A stretch of 64,000 bases of DNA, taken from Glycera tridactyla. Lineage: Eukaryota. The stretch lies in the NCBI GenBank assembly GCA_965644265.1, contig OZ286466.1, positions 17,546,001 through 17,610,000 of the forward strand, given 5' to 3'. A model generated the notes under the pieces. That model worked only from the letters and a program-made list of their open reading frames with translations, was not told the origin of the DNA and did not search any database. Numbering within the stretch: position 1 is the first letter of the stretch; each line of letters opens with the position of its first letter. This document shows, in pieces, positions 12,471-24,718 of this stretch. A program made the translations under genes and the position numbers.

Positions 12471-13905
12471 AGGTCTCACATAATACCATGCTTCCATGTA
12501 GTACCATGTGGTACCATGTGGGGCAGGTAGATTTGAAATGTACCTGACCGCTGGGCAGGTGGATATTTTTTATGTTGTTGCGCCCTCAGCCACATCATCC
12601 CTGATGGCAACACTTCAAAGAAAATGTCCCACTCCCATCTGTGGCTCCCACCCCTCCCACCTTCTCCAGTTTCCCAAGAGTGATCCAGTGAAATGTCGGG
12701 ATGACAGATGGAAAGGCCTATTGATGTGAAGGTTCCAGTGCTTGCGGGTAAGTCGGGGTGTTATTATTTCAAAGGCATAGAATAATGTCAGCAAGAAACG
12801 GTTCTATTTGGCACCCTCTTCTATCTTTTTGATTCCCCCTCCATAGTGTACCATGTACATTGGAGTCTCCAAGGATTATTGTAGGCATTGTATCAATGAA
12901 CTGGCTAGGGGGTAGGTTTAGTAATCAGATGACCCGTTCTATTCAGTGTTAAGAGAGAAGCAGCAGCTTGTAATTCAATTCTTACTGTCACAATGGATTG
13001 AGGAATAACTTATCATTGATCTTGATCTACCATGGCTAGATGATTATAACTGACATTAACATGGAGGTTTATATTGATGGCATAAATGTTTTTCGAATGC
13101 ATATGGCTGGAGGATTCTTTTTCGAAATCATTATACCAGGTTCATGTTCATTTGAACGATATCCACGGATGTCCCATTGTATTAGCGAAGAAAGCAGTGG
13201 GGTATACTTTGCTGTTGTTGAATGCCCACATCGTTCGTCAGGTCTGTCATGCTTTTCCGATGTGAATGTGATTGTTTGTTTGTTTGAGGTTTAACGGCAT
13301 GTATCAACACTAGGGTTATGTATGCTGTGTTCCTGGTCAATGAAAGCTAGGTGTTCTCTCCCCTGCAGACATCTCTCTCACAAACCCTGAACACAAGATG
13401 ATGGGGAAAACTGAAAGGTTGTCAAGTGGAATTAGCTGACTGTTCAGTCAAGCCTCTACCTACTTTTCATGAACAAACTGAATCTAATGATGGCATATCT
13501 GACCACGTGACTGGCTGGAAGCTACCACTCTAACCTGATAGCAATGCTTGACACAAGAAAAGCATTAGATTTGGAGAATACTGGACCTAAGCAGGGTTCC
13601 AGATAGCCTGGAAATGTCCAGTAGCCAGCTGGGCCCCTAAGAAAATAAAATTAGGGGCCCAGCCTCAAATTCAGGGGCCCAATATTTTGCGTGAAATAGA
13701 AATCATCGCCACGTCCCACATGCACGCGTGTACAAATTCTCTGTTCAAACATAGAGTAATACAAAAAAATGCTTTTTTAAGAATAAATCTTTATTTGAAA
13801 AAACTGGATAAATCTGCATATAAAAAGTAGACCAAAATGAGGGTCCATACAGCAAAAAAAGTCTGTTCAGTCAGCAATACTGTTGTGGATCATTGACAAA
13901 ATAAA

Positions 13906-14195
13906 AAGAAGCCTGTAACAGAACAGGAATCAGATGGCTTCATCACAGAAAATAATACTGAGAATATTATTGCTTGCACAAATCACAGAAGAAAACTACA
14001 GCTGAATGAGAAAGCCTGTAACAGAACAGGAATCAGATAGCCTCATCACAGAAAATAATACTGAGAATATTATTGCTTGCACAAATCACAGAAGAAAACT
14101 ACAGCTGAATGAGAAAGCCTGCAACAGAACAGGAATCAGATAGCCTCATCACAGAAAATAATACTGAGAATATTATTACTTGCAACAAATCACAG
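13906..14195 (+). repeat. Tandem repeat, about 103-bp unit, ~3 copies, in the hAT subterminal region
   Basis: AAGCCTG(T/C)AACAGAACAGGAATCAGA... begins at about 13909, 14013 and 14116. Confidence 0.85.
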
Positions 14196-14688
14196 GAGAA
14201 ACCTGCATGTGGTTTAAATTTTTCAAAATTGAGCTGATTTCAACCCTGTCACTTTTTGTAATTCGTCACTGAACTCAGACATGTCCCTGTTGATAATCGT
14301 TCAGTTATACACTCATTGAATACTAAATGAAATCAATTGAGATCATTCATCATGCAATTCAAACAAAAAAAGAAACATATCTTGAGAATCCCATCATGTA
14401 CAAGCAAATTTGGACCCTGGCAGATGAATTGCACAAACTCCCACTACTTGTATATAATTCATCAATGCTTAATACATGTGTACTCACAATTACAAAATAG
14501 CTCTGACTGATATTTCCCACATGCACTTGCACTGGCTGAATATTTGTTTCTTCACCCCCCCCCCCCCCCCCCCCCCCCTCTGTCTCTCTCAGAAAAAAAT
14601 GACGGATTACTCAAACAAAATTCAACATGCCCCCATCTAGCTACTGCGAATGATTAATTGATTGATTGATTAGGCAGCGTGATTACAT

Positions 14689-14841
14689 CAGGGCGAGAAG
14701 ACAACCTGAAAATCCACCTGCCCCCCTGGAAAATCCACCTGCCCTGCCTATATATGCAAGTCATTTATGCTCATTTTCCACCTGCCCACCTGGAAAATCT
14801 ACCTGCCCCGGGCAGGAGGGCGGCTATCTCTTCTCACCCTG
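14689..14841. mobile_element. CAGGG-ended MITE (153 bp) with 6-bp TSD, nested in the hAT element
   Basis: TIR CAGGG(C/T)GAGAAGA. TTACAT is duplicated on both flanks. Internal AAATCCACCTGCCC repeats. Confidence 0.85.
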
Positions 14842-14930
14842 TTACATAGAATTTCACCAGTAGAAATAAATGACATGAAATTGCAGCAGCTCTCAGGATA
14901 AATTTGCCAACTGCTCATGGCATGGTCACC

Positions 14931-17203
14931 TTAACTAAGTAGTTTTTTGAAGATGGTGTCCTCATTCAGGTCAGATTCATAGTCTGAGTCTCCCGTCTCA
15001 GAGTTACCCTCAACATCTGAGTTCTCATCATAACCAGCATCAGCTGCCACCAGCACCTCCCCCACACAAACTGACCCCATGGCATCGTTAACACTGGAGT
15101 CCAGTAATTGCATTGTGTGAGTGGGATTGTCCCCTTTGCAATCACGAAAAGCAGGTCGTCTCTTAAATGTAGATGACTGGTTCCAGTGATAGATTGAGCT
15201 TTGTGGGTCAAAATCGGCAATGTCTGCTGACAGCAACTTGATAGCAAGGCAGTTGTTCAGAAGTTGTTGTCCAAGGCGACTACGAAGATTTGTTTTGAGA
15301 AGTTTCAGCTGGGAAAATCCTCTTTCTGCTTCAGCAGTAGACGGTGCCATGGTGAGAACCAAATCCATCAAAGCCAGGCAATGAGGGAAACGTTGACCAT
15401 ATCTATGGTGCACTGCAGGCCAGCTGGGTGTTACGTCTCGTTGTAGATCCTGTTCATGTATTTCCTTCTTTAGCAGGCTCCACTCAAGCTCTACCTCCTC
15501 TCTGTCAACATCAGCATCGGTTAGGATGTGCCTGTAGTGCTGCAGTAGGATGTGGATTTCCTCATCTCCATAATCGCTGAGAACATCCCACTCCTGTGGC
15601 CACATCTTTATATCAGCAATCTTTGTTGCCTGTATGACACTGATATCACTGTTAGGGGTGAAATCGGAGAATCTCTTCACCAGTGCCTTTTCAATGTTGT
15701 CCACCAGCAGTGCACGTGCTGCTGCAAACTCAACGTTGTTGCACTGAGTCAGTTGAACTCCTTGGAATTCAGATTCATCAAGAACCTTGCGTAAATGTGG
15801 ACCATTGGATCTCCGATACTTCTTGATAACTTCCAATGTTGATTCTATTGCAGCATGTTGCTGAGAGATGACGGCAGTTTTCTCTTGTAGTTGTAGTGAC
15901 AAGCGACGAAGAGGTGCCAGGACATCAATCAAGAAGTGGATGAATGAGATGACATTTTTGTTTTTCAGTAATGCGAGGAAAGCAGATGCTTTGCTTTTTG
16001 CATCCACTGAAACACGTTCTATTGGTTCGGTGAGCTGGCCAAGATGAGCCACAATGAACTGGAATGAGGCGACAATATTTGTCATGGCTTTCATGAGATG
16101 CCCTACCCACCTTGTTCCACACACTCTACTAGGAACATAAAGCTCCTCAGTACCATCACTCAATGCTGCGAAACTACGACGTAGCATGGCTCTGTTAAGT
16201 GCACTATTATGGTAAAAATAGTACAGCCCTTGCCCAAGGATATTCACAGTTTTGTCATAAAGTTTTACTTTCTTGGATGCATCCTTAAGGGCAAGTTCAG
16301 TGCGGTGTGCCATGCAGTGAAGTGTGATAAGCTCAGGTTGGTCAACTCGCAGGAGAGCTGCAACTCCACCTTTGACTCCAGCCATCACACTTGCTCCATC
16401 ACAAGCCAGAGCTACACACTTTCTCAAAACAGAGGACCATTCAGTTTTCAGATTGTTTTGGACAACATCCTTGAGTCCTTCGATGATGTTGACTGCTGTG
16501 GCCTTCTCAGTGGAGTGTACTCCTATGAATTTCACATTGATTATGCCTCCTGTGCAGGTTCTCACAAACCACATTTCTTGCTCTCTGATAGAGGAGTCCA
16601 TACTACCATCACCCATCAATGGTAAAAATTTGCATTTTTAACAGTTTCTGAAACCTGAAAATATTCAGTTTCACCAATTGAGTTCACAAAGCATTTTGCT
16701 GCCTCAGCATTTCGATATGTACTTCCAATACTCAAACCTTTGAGTTCATCGAGATCACATATCCACAGAAAATCAGTCAGGGGTCTGTTTTTTAGAACCA
16801 AGGCATGGCATGAGCGAAACATTTTGACTAGTTTATCAAATATGTCTTTATTCAAAGTCTGCACAATCTTGGCTGCTTGTGATTCAGATGCAGGCCTTTC
16901 TTTGGCTTTCGCTACCAGTATAGCTTTCTCGTGTTGTTTGGACCGCGCATGTTTCACCACACTATCCAACTTGTAGCTGACACATCCACTTGTAAACATT
17001 GATGGTTCACCATGTTCTTGGCAGACAGTACACACCATACCATCATCACTGTCTTTCAACCATGGATGATCTTTCATCCAGTGTGTGCTGAATCGACGGG
17101 CTCTTTTTGATGACTCATATTCGTGCTGATACTGGCGTTTTTCTTGCGATGTTTGATGCTGGTTCTTTGCTGGATTTTTCACACCTTCGATGAACCGCCA
17201 CAT
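14931..17203 (-). pseudogene. hAT transposase (ZNF862-like: TTF-type zinc finger, DDE core, dimerisation domain) with one frameshift near 16620
   Basis: 16616-17203 has RRFSTHWMKDHPWL...CTVC...H..SKQH. 14931-16619 has DGSMD, CDGASVMAG, HCMAHRTELA, GTRW, PSTAEAERGFSQLK.LKTNLRSRL. The junction reads KNANFYH* in one frame and LMGDGS in the other, consistent with a 1-nt deletion. Confidence 0.92.
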
Positions 17204-17224
17204 GTTGACCAGGTCACTACCCCA

Positions 17225-17860
17225 ACAACAAAAGAGAAGATTGAATTTAGTACATTGCTAACAAGGTCACTGAAAATAAAACAAAAAATAATTCACATCT
17301 TGCCCCTGCAATAAAAACTGAGAGTTCAACTGGTAGCTTTTCAAATTCAATTCTTACCAAAAGTTAATGGAAAAACATGACATGGATCCATCTCAAATTC
17401 TGTACATTCTTCTAAAGAAATACACAATAGTCATAGGCAATTTTGGCAGATTAAGTTTGAATAGCTGGGGTATCTTCTGCACATCATGATGAAAGAATGC
17501 CTATGGGTGAAGATTAGTCAAAAGATTGCATCAAGTGCATTGGTGAACAAAGGTCACTGAAAAAAATTAAATCACACCTTGCCCCTAAAATATTTATGCA
17601 TGGCAGATCCAATATTTGACATTGTGCAGGAATTGCTGCAATAAAAACTAAGGGTCTATGCATCTGATAGCTTTTAAAATTCAAATCTAACCAAAGGCTA
17701 ATGGAAAAACATGACATGGGTCCAATTTCTCAAATTCTGTACATTCTTCTGAAGAAATACACAATATTCATGGGCAATTTCGGCAAATTGATCATAGAAT
17801 GCTGAAGTATCTTATGAAAGACATGATGAAAGATTGCCTATTGGGTGAAAATTAGTCATA
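17225..17860. repeat. Two-copy tandem duplication (about 315 bp) upstream of the hAT transposase
   Basis: AACAAGGTCACTGAAAA...TTGCCCCT...AATGGAAAAACATGACATGG...TCTCAAATTCTGTACATTCTTCT occurs twice. Confidence 0.7.
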
Positions 17861-19144
17861 AGTACAAAAAATGTACTACATGGGCTGAGGAGGGTGCTGC
17901 TGATGATTACATCATCTGAAAACATCCCTCCACTCGAGTAGATGGGATACACTGGCTAGTCGGAGCTTTGTTTACACACCTACACTGTTGTTTCCAGGTC
18001 AGACATGTAATCGGTAACCTCAATTTGTGGTTAGGATGGGCCACTCACAGGAATAAAACTGTAGAGAACTACAAATCTGGTAGGGAATTGCCAATATCAG
18101 GTCTACATGCGCGGCATTCTGTTACCGGGCCCCTATTATCGCCCAAACTCGAAAACACCACATGGGAGGCAGGCATCTCCGATATCTACCAATATTTGAT
18201 TACTTTACCTGAAGTGTACCCTTTGATAAATAAAACTGCCGGAAATCCGGGGTTCCTATCCAAATTACGGCAAATGATAAACAAAAGCTCAAGGGTACTA
18301 ACCAGTTCAGGCAGTTGGTCACCCGGCACTCCGTCAACAGATTAATCACTGCACTCTTCTCCCGTTCATCACCGCATTCTTCCCACCTTCCAGTCACATG
18401 CCATCATCACCAGAAATGAGATTAGGAGTTAAACTATGAGAAATGTGGAGGATAGCAAGCTATGATCACTAACAGCTGACTGCGTTGTTGTTGTTGTTTC
18501 AGCTTCTCTGAAGAAAATGATGCTGGTTATGATGCAAGCTACAGTGTGATTGGTTCAGGATGGCAACATCCGGCCTGAGCAGCCAATCACAATAACCGTT
18601 ACGGCCATTGTTTGGCTCTCACACAAAGTGGCGATCCCGGGATGAGCTGGCAACTAATAGCCTCATAACCTTTGGGCGGGAAAAATAACAGCTTGCCCAG
18701 AATGCATTCGCCACCTGGGCAAGCCAATTTAGGTCAGGCATTCGCCCAGCACATGTTTTACTCGCCATTGGCGAGTGGGCCACCGGCAATCTTGAACCCT
18801 GGACCTATGTGTTCAATTACAAACTGCCAACTTCAAGCCAGCTTCACAATCATGTATGCCCTATGCTCACAGTACAATGCCATCACACAACCTAGTAAAC
18901 CTAGTCGCAGCCCTAGTAACCCAAAAACTGGTGTCGTGTGCCTGGCACCCAATTTTTGCATAGTGACAATATCTACAAAAAGCAAAGCATCAGCGACCTA
19001 CAACTGAGACCATTTCGCAGAAGAAATATGAAATAGCTGAGAGATAGAAAAGAGGTGAAGAAACCCGGTGATAGTGTAATTTTGGTAGAAAACGCCTGAA
19101 GACAGATGACAGAAAATCTGAGGGTATGTTTTCATATACAAACC

Positions 19145-20620
19145 ATCACATTTACATGATCTGATCCAATCAGGACTGCTGCTAATATAAGCGTGCTCTT
19201 TGTAGACAAACACTCCACATGACTTCGCTGATGTTCCTGGGTGATCTGCTGACAATTCGTCAAATTTGCCATGGTTGATGTTGTAATTACCAGCGAGACT
19301 GCGAGGTGCCATTTGGTGCGGACAACAAGATAAGCAGCATTACTAGACAAGCCTTTATTGGCGGATTTTTTTCATCTTGGCTCGTTCTTCATATATACCT
19401 GTTCCGGTTATCATATTCTGCCTGTGATGTGTCACTGATGTAGGCCACTAGAGAAGCAGCATTACTAGACAAGCCTTTATTGGTTGATTTCATCGTGGCT
19501 TGTACTTCATATATACTTGTTCCGGTTATCATATTCTGTTTGTAACCTAACCATATTTTCTTCTGTGACTGACCAAGAATCCTTTCCCCAATTCCAGCCT
19601 GTTGACCATCTGTGATAAATAACCTTTCAATGAAATGTGTCACATTAGCCATGTTAATAGGGTGATGAGTGTTTTATAACTTTCTGTCAGTTGTGTTATA
19701 GTTGGTGGGAATCATACTGTTGGTAATTTGGCAATCCCTGAACTTGCTCATGATCATATAGAGGCTTTATAGCACCGAAGTTTCCAGGATCAGCAACTGT
19801 TTGAAACGCATTCCCAAAATATGAATCAGTTCTCCGAGCATAAACAGCCTGCAGAGCTTGAGGAACAGGATTGGATGTGTGCAGTCTTCTTACGACCCTT
19901 TATTGTAAGGTTATCATGACCACTAGGATATGGCTTCGTGATCTCCTCCCTCAGAGGCCTTACGTCAGATTTCATTGTGCCAGAAACCCCCACTATTGTC
20001 TCATTTGTTTCCAAACCATATTTTCTGGTATGACATCATCATCGACTTGAGATAGCTGGGGTATCTGTACATGCTTCACCTTTACCAGAGATGCATAAAC
20101 ACATAGATTCACCTGGTTTCTCAGATTACTCGATCTATAGCAATGATGCATTCATATACCGAACCAAATGTAAACCAAGATGGATTGCACCTAAATCGAA
20201 CACCACAGAAATCCGATGATACTGTTTTCAAGAACACCTGCATCGAATAGTCGGTAACTTCTCACTGTCGTGTCCCTCTTCATTGCATTCTCAAGATTTT
20301 CAATATCACCTGACCCAGTTGCTACGATAGTGTCATGAACTCTAATGAGACATTTCATGATGGAATTCAGTGTGATAAGTAGCATTTCTGAAACGCTTTC
20401 CGTCCAACCATTCGTTGTATGTGCCCAAGCTGGCCATTCTTTGTATGCAATAGCACTCTCTGGAAGTCTGTAACATCCTGCTGTATCCCAAGAACTTCTC
20501 GGAATACGGTGAGCTTGTGAGTCCGCATTCCTGTAATGCTCTTACCATTAGCTTTCAACAATTCATTTATCCTGTTTGTTGGTCGTGGTGGGATGGGGGT
20601 GGTCGGGGGGGGGGGGGGAG
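19145..20620 (-). pseudogene. Decayed SAP-SWIM-YqaJ (lambda-exonuclease-like) ORF typical of ISL2EU-type DNA transposons
   Basis: Fragments in shifting frames: ELLKANGKSITG (SAP-like); YRLFDAG...VRFRCNPSW...YEC and CLCISGKGEACTD (SWIM, His lost); IGERILGQSQKKIW...MITGTSIYEV and CGVFVYKEHAYISSSPDWIRSCKCDG (YqaJ). An internal ~122-bp duplication lies at 19334-19540. Confidence 0.7.
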
Positions 20621-21684
20621 GGGGGGGGGCTTGCAGTCCTCCTCTGTCTGAAGATGCACGCATTCCCTACTTCAATGTGTATTCCTAATAGTTTCTGGGT
20701 CAAAGCTTCTCAAAAAAGGGCCGTGGCACAATTATAAAATTACAACATTTCTTTCTGAGAGACTGTGACTCACATCTCAGTTTGGCCTTAGCAGCTACTT
20801 AGGGAAAGATAAGCAGCAGATCGGAGATGGTTTTGTGGGAAGATTTTTTTCCGTCGGAGACGGTACTGTTTTCACTCTGGGATTCCCTTTCAATCTAGAC
20901 GATAAATTCGCCCAGGTTTGTGGAGAACGCCGCAGAGAAATGAGAGAAAGTCGGCGAAAGTAGACATTAATACCTGACACAATGTGCGTACGACCCTTTG
21001 TAAAAGATGCTTCTTGAATTATCAGAATTAGATCGGCCTTGCCAGAAAAATATGCGATTTGTGTGAAAAACTTTACTTATTATGTGAAATATAAAGAAAT
21101 CTTGATAATATCGATAAATGACTGCGTGAGAACGTTTGAAACGAAAAATATGACGGAGAAAGCGACACTTACGGATAGAGAAGGCGGAATTTCTCGGGGA
21201 AGCCCTTCCGGTGACGTCATTATATCGATATGCAAATGAGGCGGCGATCCATCCCATAATAGTTTATAAATAATTTATATCTGTCGCGTTCACTGATTGG
21301 CCGAATTGCCGGGATCGCGGCGAAATCCACCAATCAGCGACCTGCTTTCATGAGGCTCTCGTCGCGAGATGTCAACAATGTGCGCAGAAGACGATTTCAG
21401 AGCGTCTGCGCAGGTTTCGGAACCACGAGGAAGCCGAACTCACGAATGAAACAAGGAGGCCAAACCTAACATGGCCCGCTTGACATCTCCACTGTTTCTG
21501 GCGAATATTCGACGGATTCTCGGAATTTATACATGGGAGTATATACAATCGGATATCCGTGATTTAATCGTGTAATCGTCTTCACCGTCTGTTCAATATT
21601 TCTTTGACATTTTAGCCTTGATAGGCGATGTGAGAATTCGCGGAACCCACGTGTTTGACAAGCTGTCAACAAAGCCGGCCAAAG

Positions 21685-22600
21685 TTTCTTCATGTTGCTT
21701 TACATGAAGAAAAATACGTTTAATGGCGAAATGAGGAGGAATCACTTCGAGCTAGTTCACGTGGGGCAAGATTTCGATGTTTTCTTTCGTTATATATGCA
21801 GTTTGAGAGATGACAACCAGTCTATTTCTTCGTTGGAGGCGAATTCCGTCATCATATGATTCGATGGTAGAAATACCAAGATGGCGATCGGGAGTTTCTT
21901 CATGCTGCTTTACAAGTCGAAAAATACGTTCTATGGCGAAATGAGGAGGAATCACTTCGAGCTAGTTCACGTGGGGCCAGATTTCGATGTTTTCTTTTGT
22001 TATATACGCAGTTTGAGAGGTGATAACCAGTCTATTTCTTTGTTGGAGGCGAATTCCGTCATCATATGATTCGATTGTAGAAATAACAAGATGGCGATCG
22101 CGAGTTTTCATGCTGCTTTACAAGTTGAAAAATACGTTTTATGGCGAAATGAGGAGGAATCACTTCGAGCTAGTCCACGTGGGGCAAGATTTCGATGTTT
22201 TCTTTCGTTATATACGCAGTTTGAGAGATGGCAACCAGTCTATTTCTTTGTTGGAGGCGAACTCCGTCATCATATGATTCGATTGTAGAAATACCAATTC
22301 AAACTCTTTATTACAGCCTTATCAAATACATTTGACATCAGCACTACATATGTAATAAAGGTACTACAAGAACAGGAAAACACACATACATTTACAGTGG
22401 AACAAGCAGTATAATTCGATTGTAGAAATACCAAGATGGCGATCGCGAGTTTCTTCATGCTGCTTTACAAGTCGAAAAATACGTTTCATGGCGAAATGAG
22501 GAGGAATCACTTTGAGCTAGTTCACGTGGGGCGAGATTTCGATGTTTTCTTCCGTTATATACGCAGTTTGAGAGGTGATAACCAGTCTATTTGTTCTTTG
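21685..22600 (+). repeat. Satellite-like tandem array, 210-bp unit, ~3.7 copies
   Basis: Unit starts (TTC)CATG at 21691, 21901, 22109 and 22456. Each unit contains CAAGATGGCG. Confidence 0.9.
22297..22413 (-). mobile_element. 117-bp 5'-truncated non-LTR retroposon 3' end inserted in the satellite, with 20-bp TSD
   Basis: ATTCGATTGTAGAAATACCA is duplicated at 22277-22296 and 22414-22433. The minus strand ends AATAAAGAGTTTGAAT. The unit spacing of 347 equals 210+117+20. Confidence 0.8.
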
Positions 22601-23767
22601 GAGAACACAAACACAGGCTCTCTCTCTCTTTCTTTCTCTCCACTTCATTCATTTTTCCTTTTAAATTACCACTTCTCCACTGTAAATCGACGACCATTCT
22701 TCTTTTTGAAGAAATTTCTTGTTTCAAATTGATTGATTTCACAAGGAAGTTCTCATTTCATTGATTCAAACATGTATGAGAGCAAGCCATGCCAAATGAA
22801 CAATTGGCTGCTGCTCGACCGTTTCAGGTCTGCTTCTTATAATGTTTCCATTAGCTTGCATGGCCAAACTGAAATGTGGTTGGGCGGGGAGCCTTTCCCC
22901 AATTGATTGATTTCACATGGAAGGTGTCATGCATTACAGGCCATTCCATCAATCTACAGTTACTATTCATGAGAATTATTATAAATGAATTGTGGAGCAG
23001 ATTCCTTCTTAGTATTTCTTCACCGGTAATTTATATGGGAATACCAGCACCACCCCAGAGGAAGCGTTCAATCAAATACGTGGACAATTGACTCGATACT
23101 ACTAGTCACAACAGATTGTTCCAGGTGAGACTTGAGGAGTCTATGTATTGGATACCTGAGTCGAACAGTTTGGTTTGCCATACTACAATGACTGACACAT
23201 TTTTTGCCTTACTGCATTAGCACAAGCCATCATTGTTACACTCTGTCAAATCCCAACGTGGCGTTTTTCGTCTGATCAGAGTTTTAATGGCATGAATGTA
23301 TAGTAGGCTATAGGTCTTCCGGCGATTATCGAACTTGGTTTCAAGTAAAGTCTGCAATCCTTTGAATAGGATACGCCATCATTTCATTGTATTCATTCGG
23401 CGAATCGTCCGGAATTATCATTGACTATTTGTATGTGGAACAGTGGAGATACAACCCCCGCACTTTTGTCACCGGAGATGGCAAGAGAGAGAAAGAGACA
23501 GAGACAGAGAGACAGACAGAGAGAGAGACACACACACAGACAGACAGACGGGACAGAAAGTGGGAGACAGACANNNNNNNNNNNNNNNNNNNNNNNNNNN
23601 NNNNNNNNNNNNNNNNNNNNNNNNNNNNNNNNNNNNNNNNNNNNNNNNNNNNNNNNNNNNNNNNNNNNNNNNNNNNNNNNNNNNNNNNNNNNNNNNNNNN
23701 NNNNNNNNNNNNNNNNNNNNNNNNNNNNNNNNNNAGATATAATCAGCGAGCGGTAGACTATAAGTTA

Positions 23768-23946
23768 ATAGCCATTGTGCAACAAAGGGCATTTGCTGAG
23801 CAAGACGGAACCCGTGGGGGAGAAAGTGGTGTCCCCGGCGGAAAAATTAACGATGCGCGCATGCGCAGTCGGAACAAACGGTCACGTGACCGCCTCCCTT
23901 TCGCCCGCCGCCATTTTACCAGCCATACCGCAGGTCATTTTAGTGG
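23768..23946 (+). repeat. Ngaro repeat A1 (179 bp), identical by eye to A2 at 30727-30905
   Basis: Direct sequence comparison. Contains TGCGCGCATGCGCA, GGTCACGTGACC and CCGCCATTTT motifs. Confidence 0.95.
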
Positions 23947-23962
23947 GGATTTATTGGCGGAA

Positions 23963-24718
23963 ATGGTGGTGCCGAAGCGTGTGCAGAGGCAGAGGAGGCG
24001 CCTGAATAAGGCGAAGAGCACGAGGATCCGCTATGGACGTAAATTGAAGTGTGTAGTGGTAGGCCACTCCTTTATTAGGGGGGCGAGAGACAGATTGTTG
24101 CGAAGGGCGGAACGGCGGGCGAATGTGGCCGGCTGTGAGAAGCATCAGCCCGAGGGGCGCAGATTGGTGACTGCGTTTGACGTTGGTGACGTGGTGGGGG
24201 ATATGAAGATGATCTATACACCGGTATTGTGCCATGACAATTTTCTTAGCAGCCTTGATGTTGTGCGTGGTTTTGCGCCAGATGTTGCGGTGTTGCACGT
24301 TGGGTCAAACGACTTGGCCAAGGGCAGCACATCGCCATTCAAGCTGGCGAAGTTGGTAGCCAGTGCGGCGGACAAAATGATCACGTACGGGGGCGCTAAG
24401 GAGGTGGTGATTATGTCATGTGTACCACGGAGAGGTGGGCTGCGTTGCACGGCAAGGCAGTTCGAGTATCGGAGGAAGGTGTATAACAGAGAGCTCAAGC
24501 GGGTTGTCAAGGACACGCCGCGGGTCTGTTTCCATGTAGTCCGAGGGTTTGAGCGAATGCCAGATGGCTCGGCGTTCCTGCCAATATCTGCGTTGTCCCG
24601 GGATAATATACATCCTAACACACCGGAGGGGGCACGCAAATATATGAGGTCGCTGAGGGGGGCGGTGTTGGCGGCGGCGGGAGCGTACCGACATCATCTG
24701 ACAACCACGGCTGCGTGA
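23963..24718 (+). CDS. SGNH/GDSL-type hydrolase ORF (251 aa) of the Ngaro element, with an Arg/Lys-rich N-terminus
   Basis: Block I VVGHSF, block III HVGSND and block V RDNIHP, so the Ser-Asp-His triad is intact. First ATG downstream of repeat A; the longer ORF call from 23387 runs through a microsatellite and an N gap. Confidence 0.88.
   Translation: MVVPKRVQRQRRRLNKAKSTRIRYGRKLKCVVVGHSFIRGARDRLLRRAERRANVAGCEKHQPEGRRLVTAFDVGDVVGDMKMIYTPVLCHDNFLSSLDVVRGFAPDVAVLHVGSNDLAKGSTSPFKLAKLVASAADKMITYGGAKEVVIMSCVPRRGGLRCTARQFEYRRKVYNRELKRVVKDTPRVCFHVVRGFERMPDGSAFLPISALSRDNIHPNTPEGARKYMRSLRGAVLAAAGAYRHHLTTTAA

Larger units (their letters stand above)
13592..18801 (-). mobile_element. Full-length hAT DNA transposon (5.2 kb) inserted into a SINE-like repeat
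   Basis: TIR CAGGGTTC(C/A)AGAT at both ends. 8-bp TSD GACCTAAG/GACCTATG (one mismatch). The flanks 13272-13591 and 18802-19140 rejoin into one copy of the repeat seen intact at 38590-39340. Confidence 0.9.

Noticed and set aside
21685-22600. CRISPR-like array
   Set aside because: The units are contiguous 210-bp repeats without unique spacers, there are no cas genes, and the context is eukaryotic.
23387-23962. N-terminal extension of the 443-aa ORF
   Set aside because: It starts at a non-ATG codon outside the element and runs through a GA/CA microsatellite and an N gap. The real ORF probably starts at ATG 23963.
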